Shown here piece after piece: positions 1 to 9,430 of a stretch of DNA of 45,321 nt. A program made the translations under genes and the position numbers. Positions within the stretch are counted from its first letter, which is position 1. Each line of letters opens with the position of its first letter. Origin of the DNA: Gammaproteobacteria bacterium (lineage in GTDB: Bacteria; Pseudomonadota; Gammaproteobacteria; Francisellales; CACEW01); the NCBI GenBank assembly GCA_028282045.1, contig JANQIS010000038.1, forward strand, positions 1 through 45,321. The letters run 5' to 3'. Below the pieces are notes generated by a model. That model made no database searches. It worked only from the letters and a program-made list of their open reading frames with translations, and was not told the origin of the DNA.

Positions 1-33
1 AATACTGCTCTGGCGTGGGTGAGGCCGGAGGCA

Positions 34-3000
34 TTATCTTTCCGGATACCCTCTGAGCTTGTCAATCAGTTCGAATGTAAAATCAATTCGTGCTGGTGCC
101 TGCAATAACTCACCTTTGAAAGCCAGTTTAGTTGGGCCGGCCAGTTGATAGGATTGTGGATATACTTGTACCAGTTTAATCAATGTCATTGCATCAATGG
201 GGGGGGGTTCAATAAAGTGTAGGTTGCCGCCTTGGCTGTGTGCCTCTATTTTGGTGATGCCCAACGCCCTACCTTGCAGGCGTAGTTGTGCGCAGGCAAA
301 CAGGTGTTGTGTTGGCTGCGGCAGGGGGCCAAAACGGTCGATCAGTTCAGCCTGAATATCATTGAGAGTGTGCTCGTTTTGGGCGTTGGCGATACCTTTA
401 TAAAACTTCAGCCGCAGACTCACATCACCCAGATAGTCGTCGGGAATTAACGTGCTGATGCGTAACTCCACTTCACAACCCTCTGTAGTCGCTTGGTCTA
501 AATCAATTTGCTTGCCCTGCTTTAATGCGCTTATCGCTTTATCAACAAACTCTAGATAGAGTTCAAAGCCAATGCTATGCATATTGCCGCTCTGTTCATC
601 CCCCAGGATTTCACCGGCGCCACGAATTTCCATATCGTGGTTAGCAAGTTGGAAACCAGCGCCTAAGTCACTGGCTTGCTCTATCGCTTCCAAGCGCTTT
701 TGGGCATCTTTGGTAAGGCCATCGAGCGGTGGTGTCATCAAGTAGGCATAAGCTTGGTGATGTGAGCGCCCGACACGGCCACGTAGCTGATGCAGTTGGG
801 CCAGACCAAAACGATCAGCGTGCTCAATAATAATGGTATTGGCATTGGGTACGTCAATACCCGTTTCAATGATAGTGGTGCACACTAATACCTGAAAGCG
901 GTTGTGATAAAAGTCAGCCATGCGTTGCTCTAGCTCGCGCTCACGCATTTGACCATGAGCGATGTTAATGCGTACTTCCGGCAGAAGGTTTGCCAGTGTC
1001 TGAGCACAATGATCAATACTTTGTACATTATTATGTAGGTAATACACCTGGCCACCACGAAAGATCTCACGCAAGATAGCTTCTTTGATCAAGGTGTCTT
1101 GCTTTTCTTTAACAAAGGTCATTACTGATAATCGCTTGGCCGGTGCAGTAGCGATAATGGATAAATCACGAATGCTCGAGAGCGATAGATTCAATGTGCG
1201 TGGAATAGGGGTGGCAGTCATGGTAAGCATATCCACTTGTGCACGCAATTTCTTTAACTGCTCTTTGTGGCGCACCCCAAAGCGGTGCTCTTCATCAATA
1301 ATCACCAGGCCCAATGCTTTGAAATTCATGGACGGGCTAAGCAGCTTATGTGTGCCGATGACAATGTCAATTTTGCCTTGTGCCAGGCCGGCCAAGGTTT
1401 GTTGGGTTTGCTTGGTGCTTTGGAAACGCGATAACAGCGCGATGTTCACTGGCCAGTCAGCAAAGCGATCAACAAAGTTGTCGTAGTGTTGTTGTGCTAA
1501 GAGTGTGGTAGGTACCAACATGGCAACTTGTTTATTGCTTTGCACAGCCGCAAAAGCTGCACGCATAGCCACTTCAGTCTTACCAAACCCTACATCACCG
1601 CACAGTAAACGATCCATTGGTTGTGCGCAGCGTAAATCATGTAATACAGCATCAATTGCTGTTTGTTGGTCAGGTGTTTCTTCAAAAGCAAACTGACTGG
1701 CAAAACGTTCATACTCCGATACATCATAGTGATGTTTAAACCCATTGCGACTAATGCGCTTGGCTTGAATCTCAATTAACTCTGCTGCCACATCAAAAAC
1801 ACGTTTGGCGGCGCGCTCTTTCGTTTTAGCCCATCTGTCAGTGCCCAGTTGGTTGATGGGCGCATGCTCGATGTCTCCACTGCTGTAGCGGCTAATCAAG
1901 TGCAAGGAGCGTACTGGCACATAGAGCTTGTCCTGGTTAGCATACTCAATAGTGACAAATTCATTATCACTGCCACCCATATCCAAACGAGCCAATCCCA
2001 GATAGCGGCCAATGCCATGTTCAATATGTACCACAGCGTCACCAATGTTGAGTTCGGTTAAATCTCGCAAGCCAACCGTTTGCTCTGTTTGGTCAGTCTC
2101 ATGACTTTTGCGCCGTGCCTGCGGTACTTTGTGCTTAAACAGATCGTTTTCTGTGATAATAATAACGTTGGGGTTGCCAAGGATGGCGCCGTGCTCCAGC
2201 GCTAGTACCATCAGGCTGATAACAGGTTGCTGTTGCTGCCAGTCTTGCCAATGATCAATCAGTTGTGCTTTAACGGGCAGTTTGGCTAGATGTTCGCGCA
2301 GAATTTCACGCCGTCCGCGTGACTTGGCACACAACACAATAGGTCGATCTGCTTGCTCAATAAGCTGCTTGAGTGCTCGATAGGGGTTTTTATCCTGGCT
2401 GTGGATGGTCACGTCAGGTAGGGACTGTGCCTGCCATTGATAACGGCCTTTGCCGGTTTTATTTAAAGCCTGTGTATGACATTGGATCTGTGCAAATGTT
2501 TGTAGTTGTTGTTGTAATTGTTCCGGTGAATAAAATACCTCGAGTGGGGCCAGACAAGGATAATTCAAATCATAGCGACGTGATTCATAGCGTGATTGAA
2601 TCGATTGCCACTGGGTTTGTGCTGCATCGTAGGTGTTGTCAGTGTGAATGATCAGCGTATTAAGAGGGAGATGGTCCAGTAATGTGGTGGTTTCATTAAA
2701 AAACAGCGCTAAGTAATACTCAATTCCCGCTGTAGTATGACCGGCTGTAATAGCTTCTAAGACCGGGGATTGATTGCTACGATCATCAAAATGATGATGC
2801 CATTGTTGTTGAAAGTGTTTAATGGCTGCCTCATCAATTGGAAACTCATGTGCCGGTAAGCAGTTAATTTCGCTAACTTCCCGCGTTGAGCGTTGAGTTT
2901 CAATATCAAAAATAGCGATGCTATCGATCTGGTCATCGAATAAATCCAGGCGATAAGGGTGCGCTGAGCCCATAGGAAACAGGTCTACAATGCTACCACG

Positions 3001-3486
3001 AATAGCAAATTCACCATGTTGCATCACCTGGGTAACGGATTGATAACCAGACTGCATCAATTTTGTCCGCTCACCGATAGGGTCCCAGTGATCATGGACT
3101 TTGAGTTGCCAGACGCTGCCAGTGATAAAAGCCGGTGGTGCAATGCGCTGCATCAGGGTGCTGGCAGCTATTACGATGACACCATGCTGGCGAGTATGTA
3201 GTTGGTTTAACAATGCAAGGCGTTCTGACACAATGTCTTGATGAGGTGAGAAATAGTCGTAAGGCAGCGTTTCCCAATCAGGGAAGTACCATACATCTTC
3301 GCAAGTCTCCAAGGCTTGGCATTCTTTAAAAATACGCTGAGCTGACTGAGTGTCTTTGGTAATAATCAGATTAATACGGTCTTTATCAATGACATCATGG
3401 ATCAGCAAGCTGATCACGCTGGGCGGGACATTACCGATATGGCGGCGGTCGCCGGATTGTTGTGGGCGTTCAATTGGATTATGCAT
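34..3486 (-). CDS. mfd: Transcription-repair coupling factor Mfd
   Basis: 1150-aa ORF with an ATG start. SF2 helicase motifs are present: GDVGFGKTEVAMRAAF (Walker A), VIIDEEHRFGV (DExH box) and QLRGRVGRS (motif VI). Size and N-terminal UvrB-like/CarD-like layout are typical of Mfd. Confidence 0.95.
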   Translation of the reverse strand: MHNPIERPQQSGDRRHIGNVPPSVISLLIHDVIDKDRINLIITKDTQSAQRIFKECQALETCEDVWYFPDWETLPYDYFSPHQDIVSERLALLNQLHTRQHGVIVIAASTLMQRIAPPAFITGSVWQLKVHDHWDPIGERTKLMQSGYQSVTQVMQHGEFAIRGSIVDLFPMGSAHPYRLDLFDDQIDSIAIFDIETQRSTREVSEINCLPAHEFPIDEAAIKHFQQQWHHHFDDRSNQSPVLEAITAGHTTAGIEYYLALFFNETTTLLDHLPLNTLIIHTDNTYDAAQTQWQSIQSRYESRRYDLNYPCLAPLEVFYSPEQLQQQLQTFAQIQCHTQALNKTGKGRYQWQAQSLPDVTIHSQDKNPYRALKQLIEQADRPIVLCAKSRGRREILREHLAKLPVKAQLIDHWQDWQQQQPVISLMVLALEHGAILGNPNVIIITENDLFKHKVPQARRKSHETDQTEQTVGLRDLTELNIGDAVVHIEHGIGRYLGLARLDMGGSDNEFVTIEYANQDKLYVPVRSLHLISRYSSGDIEHAPINQLGTDRWAKTKERAAKRVFDVAAELIEIQAKRISRNGFKHHYDVSEYERFASQFAFEETPDQQTAIDAVLHDLRCAQPMDRLLCGDVGFGKTEVAMRAAFAAVQSNKQVAMLVPTTLLAQQHYDNFVDRFADWPVNIALLSRFQSTKQTQQTLAGLAQGKIDIVIGTHKLLSPSMNFKALGLVIIDEEHRFGVRHKEQLKKLRAQVDMLTMTATPIPRTLNLSLSSIRDLSIIATAPAKRLSVMTFVKEKQDTLIKEAILREIFRGGQVYYLHNNVQSIDHCAQTLANLLPEVRINIAHGQMRERELEQRMADFYHNRFQVLVCTTIIETGIDVPNANTIIIEHADRFGLAQLHQLRGRVGRSHHQAYAYLMTPPLDGLTKDAQKRLEAIEQASDLGAGFQLANHDMEIRGAGEILGDEQSGNMHSIGFELYLEFVDKAISALKQGKQIDLDQATTEGCEVELRISTLIPDDYLGDVSLRLKFYKGIANAQNEHTLNDIQAELIDRFGPLPQPTQHLFACAQLRLQGRALGITKIEAHSQGGNLHFIEPPPIDAMTLIKLVQVYPQSYQLAGPTKLAFKGELLQAPARIDFTFELIDKLRGYPER

Positions 3487-3602
3487 TGCAATTCTGTCAT
3501 CACCAGACAGGCGTTATGGTAGGGAGGTAAAATGGGATTTGCAATTGCTTCATTGCAGTGAGTATATTAGTATGGCCCCACAGTGTTTAAAGGACCACTC
3601 AC

Positions 3603-3716
3603 ATGGCACAAGAAAATCCAAAACCTGCCAAGAAGCTCACTCTGCTTAAGACATTTGCTCTAGTGGTTTTAGTTGGGGTGATTTTGACGGTTGCACATTA
3701 TTTTTTGTATAAATAG
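3603..3716 (+). CDS. Possible small membrane protein (37 aa, MAQENPKPAKKLTLLKTFALVVLVGVILTVAHYFLYK)
   Basis: It is below the ORF-track cutoff. ATG is preceded by AAAGGA about 9 nt upstream. It has a basic N-terminus followed by one clear hydrophobic helix. No other support. Confidence 0.25.
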   Translation: MAQENPKPAKKLTLLKTFALVVLVGVILTVAHYFLYK

Positions 3717-3982
3717 TCGATTGCGGATAACCCCATTTTTGAGTGCTAGCTGCGTTGGCTAAACACGCCTGATGCTCATTTAGCGCGTGTAAACTCCGCT
3801 CCAGCTTGTCTGGTCCGCCTTGCTATCACCTCAAAACTGTCATCATTCACAACCCCTTGAGTTGCCTGTAACTTTGCACATTCCAAAGTGCCATTTCTTG
3901 CATAAAATCCATAAAACTCAAAGGGCATAGGGTTTTTTCACAGGCAACTAAATAACAGCTAACCAACAACAGTAGATGCTAT

Positions 3983-4408
3983 TTATTGACGGCCAACTTT
4001 GATGGTCAATTGATAGATATTCAATGGCCCGGCTTTGAGGTAATTTACTACAGAGCCCACAGAAATCACATTGGCTCCATACTGTGCAGCTAACTGCTTG
4101 GCCAAGCTAATACTTTTTTGGTAGAGCGCCAGGTTATTATCACGCTTACCGTCACCCGGGAATAAAGATATATGGATTACGCCCACGGGCTTAATGCCAC
4201 TATGCCAGGTGGCTAATGTGCTTACTTGTTGTGGTTTTATTGGTGTTGAAGCAGCACTGAGAGGTAACAGAATGCCTCTTGGCACAGTGGAATACACTGG
4301 TGCAAGTAACACAATGATACCCGAAATGATGGCGATAATGACGAGATTGAGTAGATTTTGCATCGCTGGACGTCGTATAAATACTAGTTTTTCCGCTAAC
4401 AATGCCAA
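3983..4408 (-). CDS. Hypothetical membrane-anchored or exported protein
   Basis: 141-aa ORF whose track start is TTG; an ATG at 4363 (MQNLLNLVIIAIISGIIVLLAP...) is an equally plausible start. An N-terminal hydrophobic helix is followed by a globular-looking C-terminal part. No convincing SD for either start. Confidence 0.5.
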   Translation of the reverse strand: MALLAEKLVFIRRPAMQNLLNLVIIAIISGIIVLLAPVYSTVPRGILLPLSAASTPIKPQQVSTLATWHSGIKPVGVIHISLFPGDGKRDNNLALYQKSISLAKQLAAQYGANVISVGSVVNYLKAGPLNIYQLTIKVGRQ

Positions 4409-4655
4409 TAATCGATGAGCTTAGCACAGCCAAGATAGAAATGCACGGTGATTTCACAGTCCTCCTCATTATGTCGATTTCCAGATAGACTGCTTGGGAA
4501 GGGATAACTTGCTTAATAATAACGAACAACAGAGATTGTCCCGAACGTAAGCCAGTCAGGGCTGAAAGCCATGTAAGCTGCGTTGTAAGTAAGCCCGTTA
4601 ACACCATAATAAAAACGATGGGCGCAAATAATAACAAAAAAATCAGGAGGCTATC

Positions 4656-5651
4656 ATGCATGCAGAGCAACTTAATAAGAAAGATCTTAAGCTTGAACAA
4701 GAAGGTCACACCGACGCTTTACTATCTGAAGCGATGCTTGATGAAAATTTTGAGCTTGAAGATGTCGAATCTGGAAGCAATCATCACCGTATCGAGGTGG
4801 GTGACATCAGCTTAAGCGATTATGATGCTACCACCATTTATCTGAAAGAAATTGGATACACATCCCTATTAACTGCTAAAGAAGAGCAGCACCTTACTCG
4901 TTTGGCACAACGAGGTGATGAAGCTGCACGCTCACGTATGATTAAATCTAATCTACGCTTGGTGGTGAAAATTGCCAAACGTTATAGTGGCCGAGGTTTG
5001 GCGTTGCTAGATCTCATTGAAGAGGGCAATCTGGGTTTAATGCGTGCGGTGGAAAAATTTGATCCCGAGCGTGGTTTTCGCTTTTCTACTTATGCTACCT
5101 GGTGGATTAAACAAAATATCGAGCGTGGTATCTTAAATCAAACACGCACTATCCGTGTGCCGGTTCATGTGTTAAAAGAGTTAAATGTATATCTGCGCGC
5201 TGTGCGCCAACTCACTCAAAAGCTTAACCATGAACCTTCTGTGCAGGAGGTGGCCGATTTTCTGGATCGTCCGGTAAAAGACATTAAAAAACTATTGTCA
5301 CTGACTGTGCCAGTAGATTCTATTGATGGTTTATTTGATGATTCTAACCGTCCAATGGTGGAAGTTATTGCTGCTGAAGGTGAGGAAACCATTGAGCAAC
5401 GTTGTGCTAATAGTGAATTGCACGAGTCTATGGGTCAATGGTTAGACCAGTTAGAAGAAAAACAGCGTATCATCTTAGAGCGTCGCTATGGTTTACGCGG
5501 CCATGAACCACAAACCTTGGAAGAAGTAGGTCAGGAAGTGGGACTGACGCGTGAGCGCGTGCGTCAGATCCAGTTTGAAGCGCTAAGAAGCCTTAAGGTT
5601 ATTATGAAGAAACAAACATTAACACGAGATACGTTGTTAGGGGAGCAGTGA
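4656..5651 (+). CDS. rpoS: RNA polymerase sigma factor RpoS (sigma-38)
   Basis: 331 aa; RBS AGGAGG lies 6 nt upstream. Region 2 ([61 protein letters not shown]) is near-identical to enterobacterial RpoS. The [19 protein letters not shown] segment and region 4 ([27 protein letters not shown]) are also present. Confidence 0.9.
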   Translation: MHAEQLNKKDLKLEQEGHTDALLSEAMLDENFELEDVESGSNHHRIEVGDISLSDYDATTIYLKEIGYTSLLTAKEEQHLTRLAQRGDEAARSRMIKSNLRLVVKIAKRYSGRGLALLDLIEEGNLGLMRAVEKFDPERGFRFSTYATWWIKQNIERGILNQTRTIRVPVHVLKELNVYLRAVRQLTQKLNHEPSVQEVADFLDRPVKDIKKLLSLTVPVDSIDGLFDDSNRPMVEVIAAEGEETIEQRCANSELHESMGQWLDQLEEKQRIILERRYGLRGHEPQTLEEVGQEVGLTRERVRQIQFEALRSLKVIMKKQTLTRDTLLGEQ

Positions 5652-5752
5652 TGCTGCGATATCTCTTTAAAAATAAAGTATCAGACGGCGAAGATTTTAT
5701 TTGAGCAAAATAGACAGGCAAAGCAAGGACAGACTAAACAAGGAGTTTATTG

Positions 5753-7030
5753 ATGCACGGAAGCTCTCAGGCAAAGTTAGGCGCAGATGGTGCTGCGATT
5801 TTAAATTATTTACGCGGGGGTGAGGGCTATTCTTCTGCTTATGCAGCTCAATTTAATTCAGCAAAAAAGCTCATAGGTATTGCGGAGAAAAAAGCTGAAA
5901 CTGTAGAAGCATTTTTGCGTTTAAGGCTCAATTTATCTGAACAGTATTCAGATAAATTAAGCGCTTTTGTGCGTGATGCAGACGATGACTTTGATGCAAA
6001 ACCACAGGAAGATCATAACAATGATGTGTTGCTGTATATGGAGTATCTCACTCTGTTACAAAATCAGCTATCAGCTACAGATTCTCCAAAGCCAGATGAT
6101 GTTAAATGCCTTGAAAGGTGTATGGCCAGGCTCAGTAAAATTAAGGATAAAACTGGCTCCGATACGCAGTATTGCGCTCAGATGGCAACGATAATACGCG
6201 ATAGCCAATTAGTCTTAGCAGCGATTGCTTATAATTATGGTGCTGATGCGTTAAACCGATCATCCCAGACTGAGCGTAAAAATTTTAAAGCCTACGATAC
6301 CGCTGTTGTATGCTTTAAAAAGTCTGCAAGTGCCTATAGGAATGCAGGTGAGACTCAAAGTGCTGTTGAAACAGAAGTAATGCTTGCCGAGACTTATGAG
6401 AACTATGCAGATGAGCTGTTTGATAAAAAAGATGAGAAACATTTACTAGCAGCCATTGAAAACTATCAAGCAGCCCTTAAACATTATCCTAGAGACGATG
6501 ATGGTAAGAAAGAGTTTTCAATAAAAATGAGGCTCAGTATTTTAAATGCACGGGCTGAACTTGCCCAACAATATTTTGCCTCAAAGCATTATCAATTAGC
6601 CCTTGAGCAGACTGATGCTGGTTTGGAGCTTTACGATAAGAGAATGAAAGCATTACATCTGTCAGATGATGATTATCCAGGAACATGTGAGCTTCTTTTT
6701 AACTTATCTGAACTCGGCTGTAGGAGTCATGCTGAACTTTACAAACAGCAACAATCACTGCGGACAGATTTTGCCGCGAAGCTCTTAGCGTTTAAGGGGA
6801 AACATGATTTGGGACCACCCTTAACCTGGGGTTTAGTGGAGAAGCGGGCAAAAGCAACAGATAGCGAATTATTAGGAAAGCGTAAGACCAGTTCTGGTAG
6901 TGCGCCACCAGTGAGTGAAGCCAAAAAAGCAAAACCTGATAGTGTGCCACCAGTGAGTGAAGTCAAAAAAGGAAAATCTGGTAGTGTTGACGTGCAAGGC
7001 CATGATGAAAAAGGGGGGCGAAAAAAGTAA
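5753..7030 (+). CDS. Hypothetical helical-repeat (TPR-like by eye) protein with a lysine-rich C-terminal tandem repeat
   Basis: The track start 5750 is TTG. ATG at 5753 follows AAGGAG with 7-nt spacing. 425 aa. The C-terminus is SAPPVSEAKKAKPD/SVPPVSEVKKGKSG followed by ...GGRKK. No family recognised. Confidence 0.7.
   Translation: MHGSSQAKLGADGAAILNYLRGGEGYSSAYAAQFNSAKKLIGIAEKKAETVEAFLRLRLNLSEQYSDKLSAFVRDADDDFDAKPQEDHNNDVLLYMEYLTLLQNQLSATDSPKPDDVKCLERCMARLSKIKDKTGSDTQYCAQMATIIRDSQLVLAAIAYNYGADALNRSSQTERKNFKAYDTAVVCFKKSASAYRNAGETQSAVETEVMLAETYENYADELFDKKDEKHLLAAIENYQAALKHYPRDDDGKKEFSIKMRLSILNARAELAQQYFASKHYQLALEQTDAGLELYDKRMKALHLSDDDYPGTCELLFNLSELGCRSHAELYKQQQSLRTDFAAKLLAFKGKHDLGPPLTWGLVEKRAKATDSELLGKRKTSSGSAPPVSEAKKAKPDSVPPVSEVKKGKSGSVDVQGHDEKGGRKK
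6899..6982 (+). repeat. 2 x 42-bp in-frame tandem repeat (about 36/42 identical) inside the 5753-7030 CDS
   Basis: agtgcgccaccagtgagtgaagccaaaaaagcaaaacctgat / agtgtgccaccagtgagtgaagtcaaaaaaggaaaatctggt, followed by a partial third unit (agtgtt...). Confidence 0.85.
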
Positions 7031-7149
7031 GCTTTGCTAGTAAGGAGACAATACATTATTACGATAGCAGCACGGTTTTTTATGAGCGTCCTCCAAGCCA
7101 AAATGACGATCTGGGTTCCTTTGCTTTATTTAGTCAATTCTTAGAACTA

Positions 7150-7689
7150 ATGGGTGAGGGGAGATTTAGACATGCTGATCTGATAATGGAGAGGTTCTGT
7201 GTGTCGCTATTCTTGAGTTGTCAGACATCTTTTGAAAATCCTCATAAGCTCTTAGGGTTGTTAGACACGATAGAAAAATACACAATGTCTAGATTCCCTA
7301 TAGGGACTGTGCAGCACGAACTATTATTGGATTTCTTTAAGAAACACATGAGGTCGGACAGTTCAACACTCCATGCTATTCGGGAAAAACCCTTTAGTCA
7401 ACACGCTTCATGGGGGGCTGAGACGTCTCCTGCCAGTCTTGGGCAATTTTTTGAGGATTTTTGTGCTGAGTTAGATGCATATCTAAGTGCATCTAAATAT
7501 GAACTACGTTGTCAACAGCTTGAGTGGTTTAAACAGAAGTTAATTGAAAATTTAGAGCAATATCGTGGAAATCATGCTGATACAGGGTTTAATCAATTGT
7601 ATGACAGCGTAATGAGTTCTTTGAACCCCGCATTAGAACAGGAGCGTGCCAATACGGCTAATTCATCAGCAATATTGAATCAGCTATAG
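7150..7689 (+). CDS. Hypothetical protein (orphan)
   Basis: 179-aa ORF. The start is uncertain (ATGs at 7150, 7186 and 7285, none with a good SD). The 3' end overlaps the convergent dus gene by about 30 nt. No recognisable motifs. Confidence 0.45.
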   Translation: MGEGRFRHADLIMERFCVSLFLSCQTSFENPHKLLGLLDTIEKYTMSRFPIGTVQHELLLDFFKKHMRSDSSTLHAIREKPFSQHASWGAETSPASLGQFFEDFCAELDAYLSASKYELRCQQLEWFKQKLIENLEQYRGNHADTGFNQLYDSVMSSLNPALEQERANTANSSAILNQL

Positions 7690-8668
7690 CGCCAAAATAT
7701 TGCTGGATTAACGTTTGTAGCCCATGCAATGAAGTGCATTGGTTGGCTGCTGTTTGCAAAACCTTATAGGTTGGTAAGGTTGCAGCATAATACTTTATCA
7801 GGCGGCGCATCTGCAATACGGCAATATGTTCAAGTTCGAGCTTTGCTAATCCACATATATGCCGCCACAGTAACGTGCCGATTTTATCAGGTGTCGGTGT
7901 AGGGAAGGTAATGCCCCGGTCGGCGCAAGTTAATGCTTTAAAGAGCCACGGTTTGCCGATACTTGCCCGACCGATCATCACACCTTGGCAACCTGTCGTT
8001 GCTAACATAGTTGCTAGGCTTTGATAGTCAGTAATATCGCCATTACCGATGACCGGTATGTTTACTGCTTGGACAATTTCAGCGATGTCTTCCAAACGAC
8101 AGGGTGTTTGATAATGTTCTGTCCAATGCCTGCCATGGACCACTAGTGCATCGGCGCCACTATCTTCAGCCATGCGTGCCACATCATAATTATTGTTATC
8201 ACCACTATAGCTATCGACACGGATTTTAATGGTCACCGGCAAGCCACTGGCGTGCTTCATGGCTTGAATTAATTTACCCAGTTGTGAGGCTTTACTGAGC
8301 AACTTAGACCCACAGCCCTTTTGGCGAATCTTGGGCATAGGGCAGCCACAATTCAGATCTAACAAATCAGCGTTGGATTGTGCTGCAATTTCACTGGCTT
8401 GAGCCAGATATTCAGGCTGATTGCCGCTTAACTGCCAGCACAAACACGCTTCCTGAGCGCCGCGGTGAATATAGCGTTGAGCACGTTGCCCACCTTGTGC
8501 GATCTGACTGGCTGATTGCATCTCGGTACAGCCATAGGCAATAGCACCAAATGACCAGATTAACTCACGAAAAGGGGCGCAGCTAATCCCAGCCAAAGGC
8601 GCCTGGATTAAATTGGTCTTAAAAGAGAATTTCCCTATTTTTAAAGGAGTTACACAAAATTTACTCAT
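7658..8668 (-). CDS. tRNA-dihydrouridine synthase (Dus family)
   Basis: APLAGISCAPFRE N-terminal motif, catalytic-Cys region LNCGCPMPKIRQKGCGSKLL and VVHGRH motif. The track start 8683 is GTG; ATG at 8668 (MSKF...) is used here. Confidence 0.85.
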   Translation of the reverse strand: MSKFCVTPLKIGKFSFKTNLIQAPLAGISCAPFRELIWSFGAIAYGCTEMQSASQIAQGGQRAQRYIHRGAQEACLCWQLSGNQPEYLAQASEIAAQSNADLLDLNCGCPMPKIRQKGCGSKLLSKASQLGKLIQAMKHASGLPVTIKIRVDSYSGDNNNYDVARMAEDSGADALVVHGRHWTEHYQTPCRLEDIAEIVQAVNIPVIGNGDITDYQSLATMLATTGCQGVMIGRASIGKPWLFKALTCADRGITFPTPTPDKIGTLLWRHICGLAKLELEHIAVLQMRRLIKYYAATLPTYKVLQTAANQCTSLHGLQTLIQQYFGAIADSILLMN

Positions 8669-8767
8669 TTTTTTGCTGCGCACTTGATTGTGTCTTAAAT
8701 AAACAGTATATTTTTAATAGACCCTAATGCGGTCAAAATGGTAATAAAAATAGACAAAGGAGTGTCC

Positions 8768-9277
8768 ATGAAAAAGTCCTTATTACTTGTCAGTATGTTC
8801 AGTGCGAGTCTGACATCAACAGCGTTTGCTGCTAATAATGCACTATCTGAGCAAGCCCTCAGTACCATTAAGCAACTTGCTGCCAAGCCGAAGTTAGTAC
8901 AAGCAGTGACTAAAATCAATACCCAGCGTCAAGCAGATGGGCGTAAGGTGTTGAGTGCTAACAAAAAACAGTGGAAGCAAGAGTATGTGCAAAAGCAAGG
9001 GAAACTGATCACAGCGATGACCAAAAGCCCATTGGCAAAATGGCTCAATGCACAGGTGAAACAAAGTGACGGCAAATATCTTGGCGCATTAGTGTTGGAT
9101 AGAAAAGGTAATAATGTTGCACAAACCTATCTCACTAAAAACTACAGTCAATCCAAGCGGATAATCTGGCGCAAAGTCAGCAAAGCTGCCGATGCTACTT
9201 ATGTCAGCCGTGCGCGTACCGATAAACAGTCTGGCCAACGTGTTAGCACCGTCAGCGTACCGGTTTGGTGCCGATAA
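8768..9277 (+). CDS. Secreted or periplasmic protein, possibly Cache/PDC-like, with a 3' end that may be frameshifted
   Basis: ATG at 8768 is preceded by AAAGGAG. The signal peptide is MKKSLLLVSMFSASLTSTAFA. The ORF stops at 9277, but the +1 frame continues GADKHVIGALVMKVALSH* to 9323. Confidence 0.6.
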   Translation: MKKSLLLVSMFSASLTSTAFAANNALSEQALSTIKQLAAKPKLVQAVTKINTQRQADGRKVLSANKKQWKQEYVQKQGKLITAMTKSPLAKWLNAQVKQSDGKYLGALVLDRKGNNVAQTYLTKNYSQSKRIIWRKVSKAADATYVSRARTDKQSGQRVSTVSVPVWCR

Positions 9278-9430
9278 ACATGTTATTGGTGCCCTGGTGA
9301 TGAAGGTTGCGCTCAGCCATTAATACCCGTTTGCTGCGTTAGGTGATGCCCTAAACACAGTCAAAGACCTCAATCCCGACGGCTCCCCTTTGATTGTGTA
9401 TGTGGCCCTGTCTCTCCATGTTCGTTATCT

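Noticed and set aside
1085-3277. Multiple 60-130-aa ORFs on both strands inside the mfd locus (for example 1085-1486, 1505-1696, 2373-2651, 3016-3201).
   Set aside because: All are embedded in or antisense to the intact 1150-aa mfd reading frame. They have low-complexity or Cys/Trp-rich translations and no RBS, so they are shadow ORFs.
3745-3775. Short shared motif (GCTGCGTT…CTAAACAC) between the ORF-free stretch 3717-3982 and 9333-9358, hinting at a dispersed intergenic repeat.
   Set aside because: Only two colinear 8-mers are shared, and the flanks do not align in either orientation. That is too little to call a repeat family without a genome-wide search.
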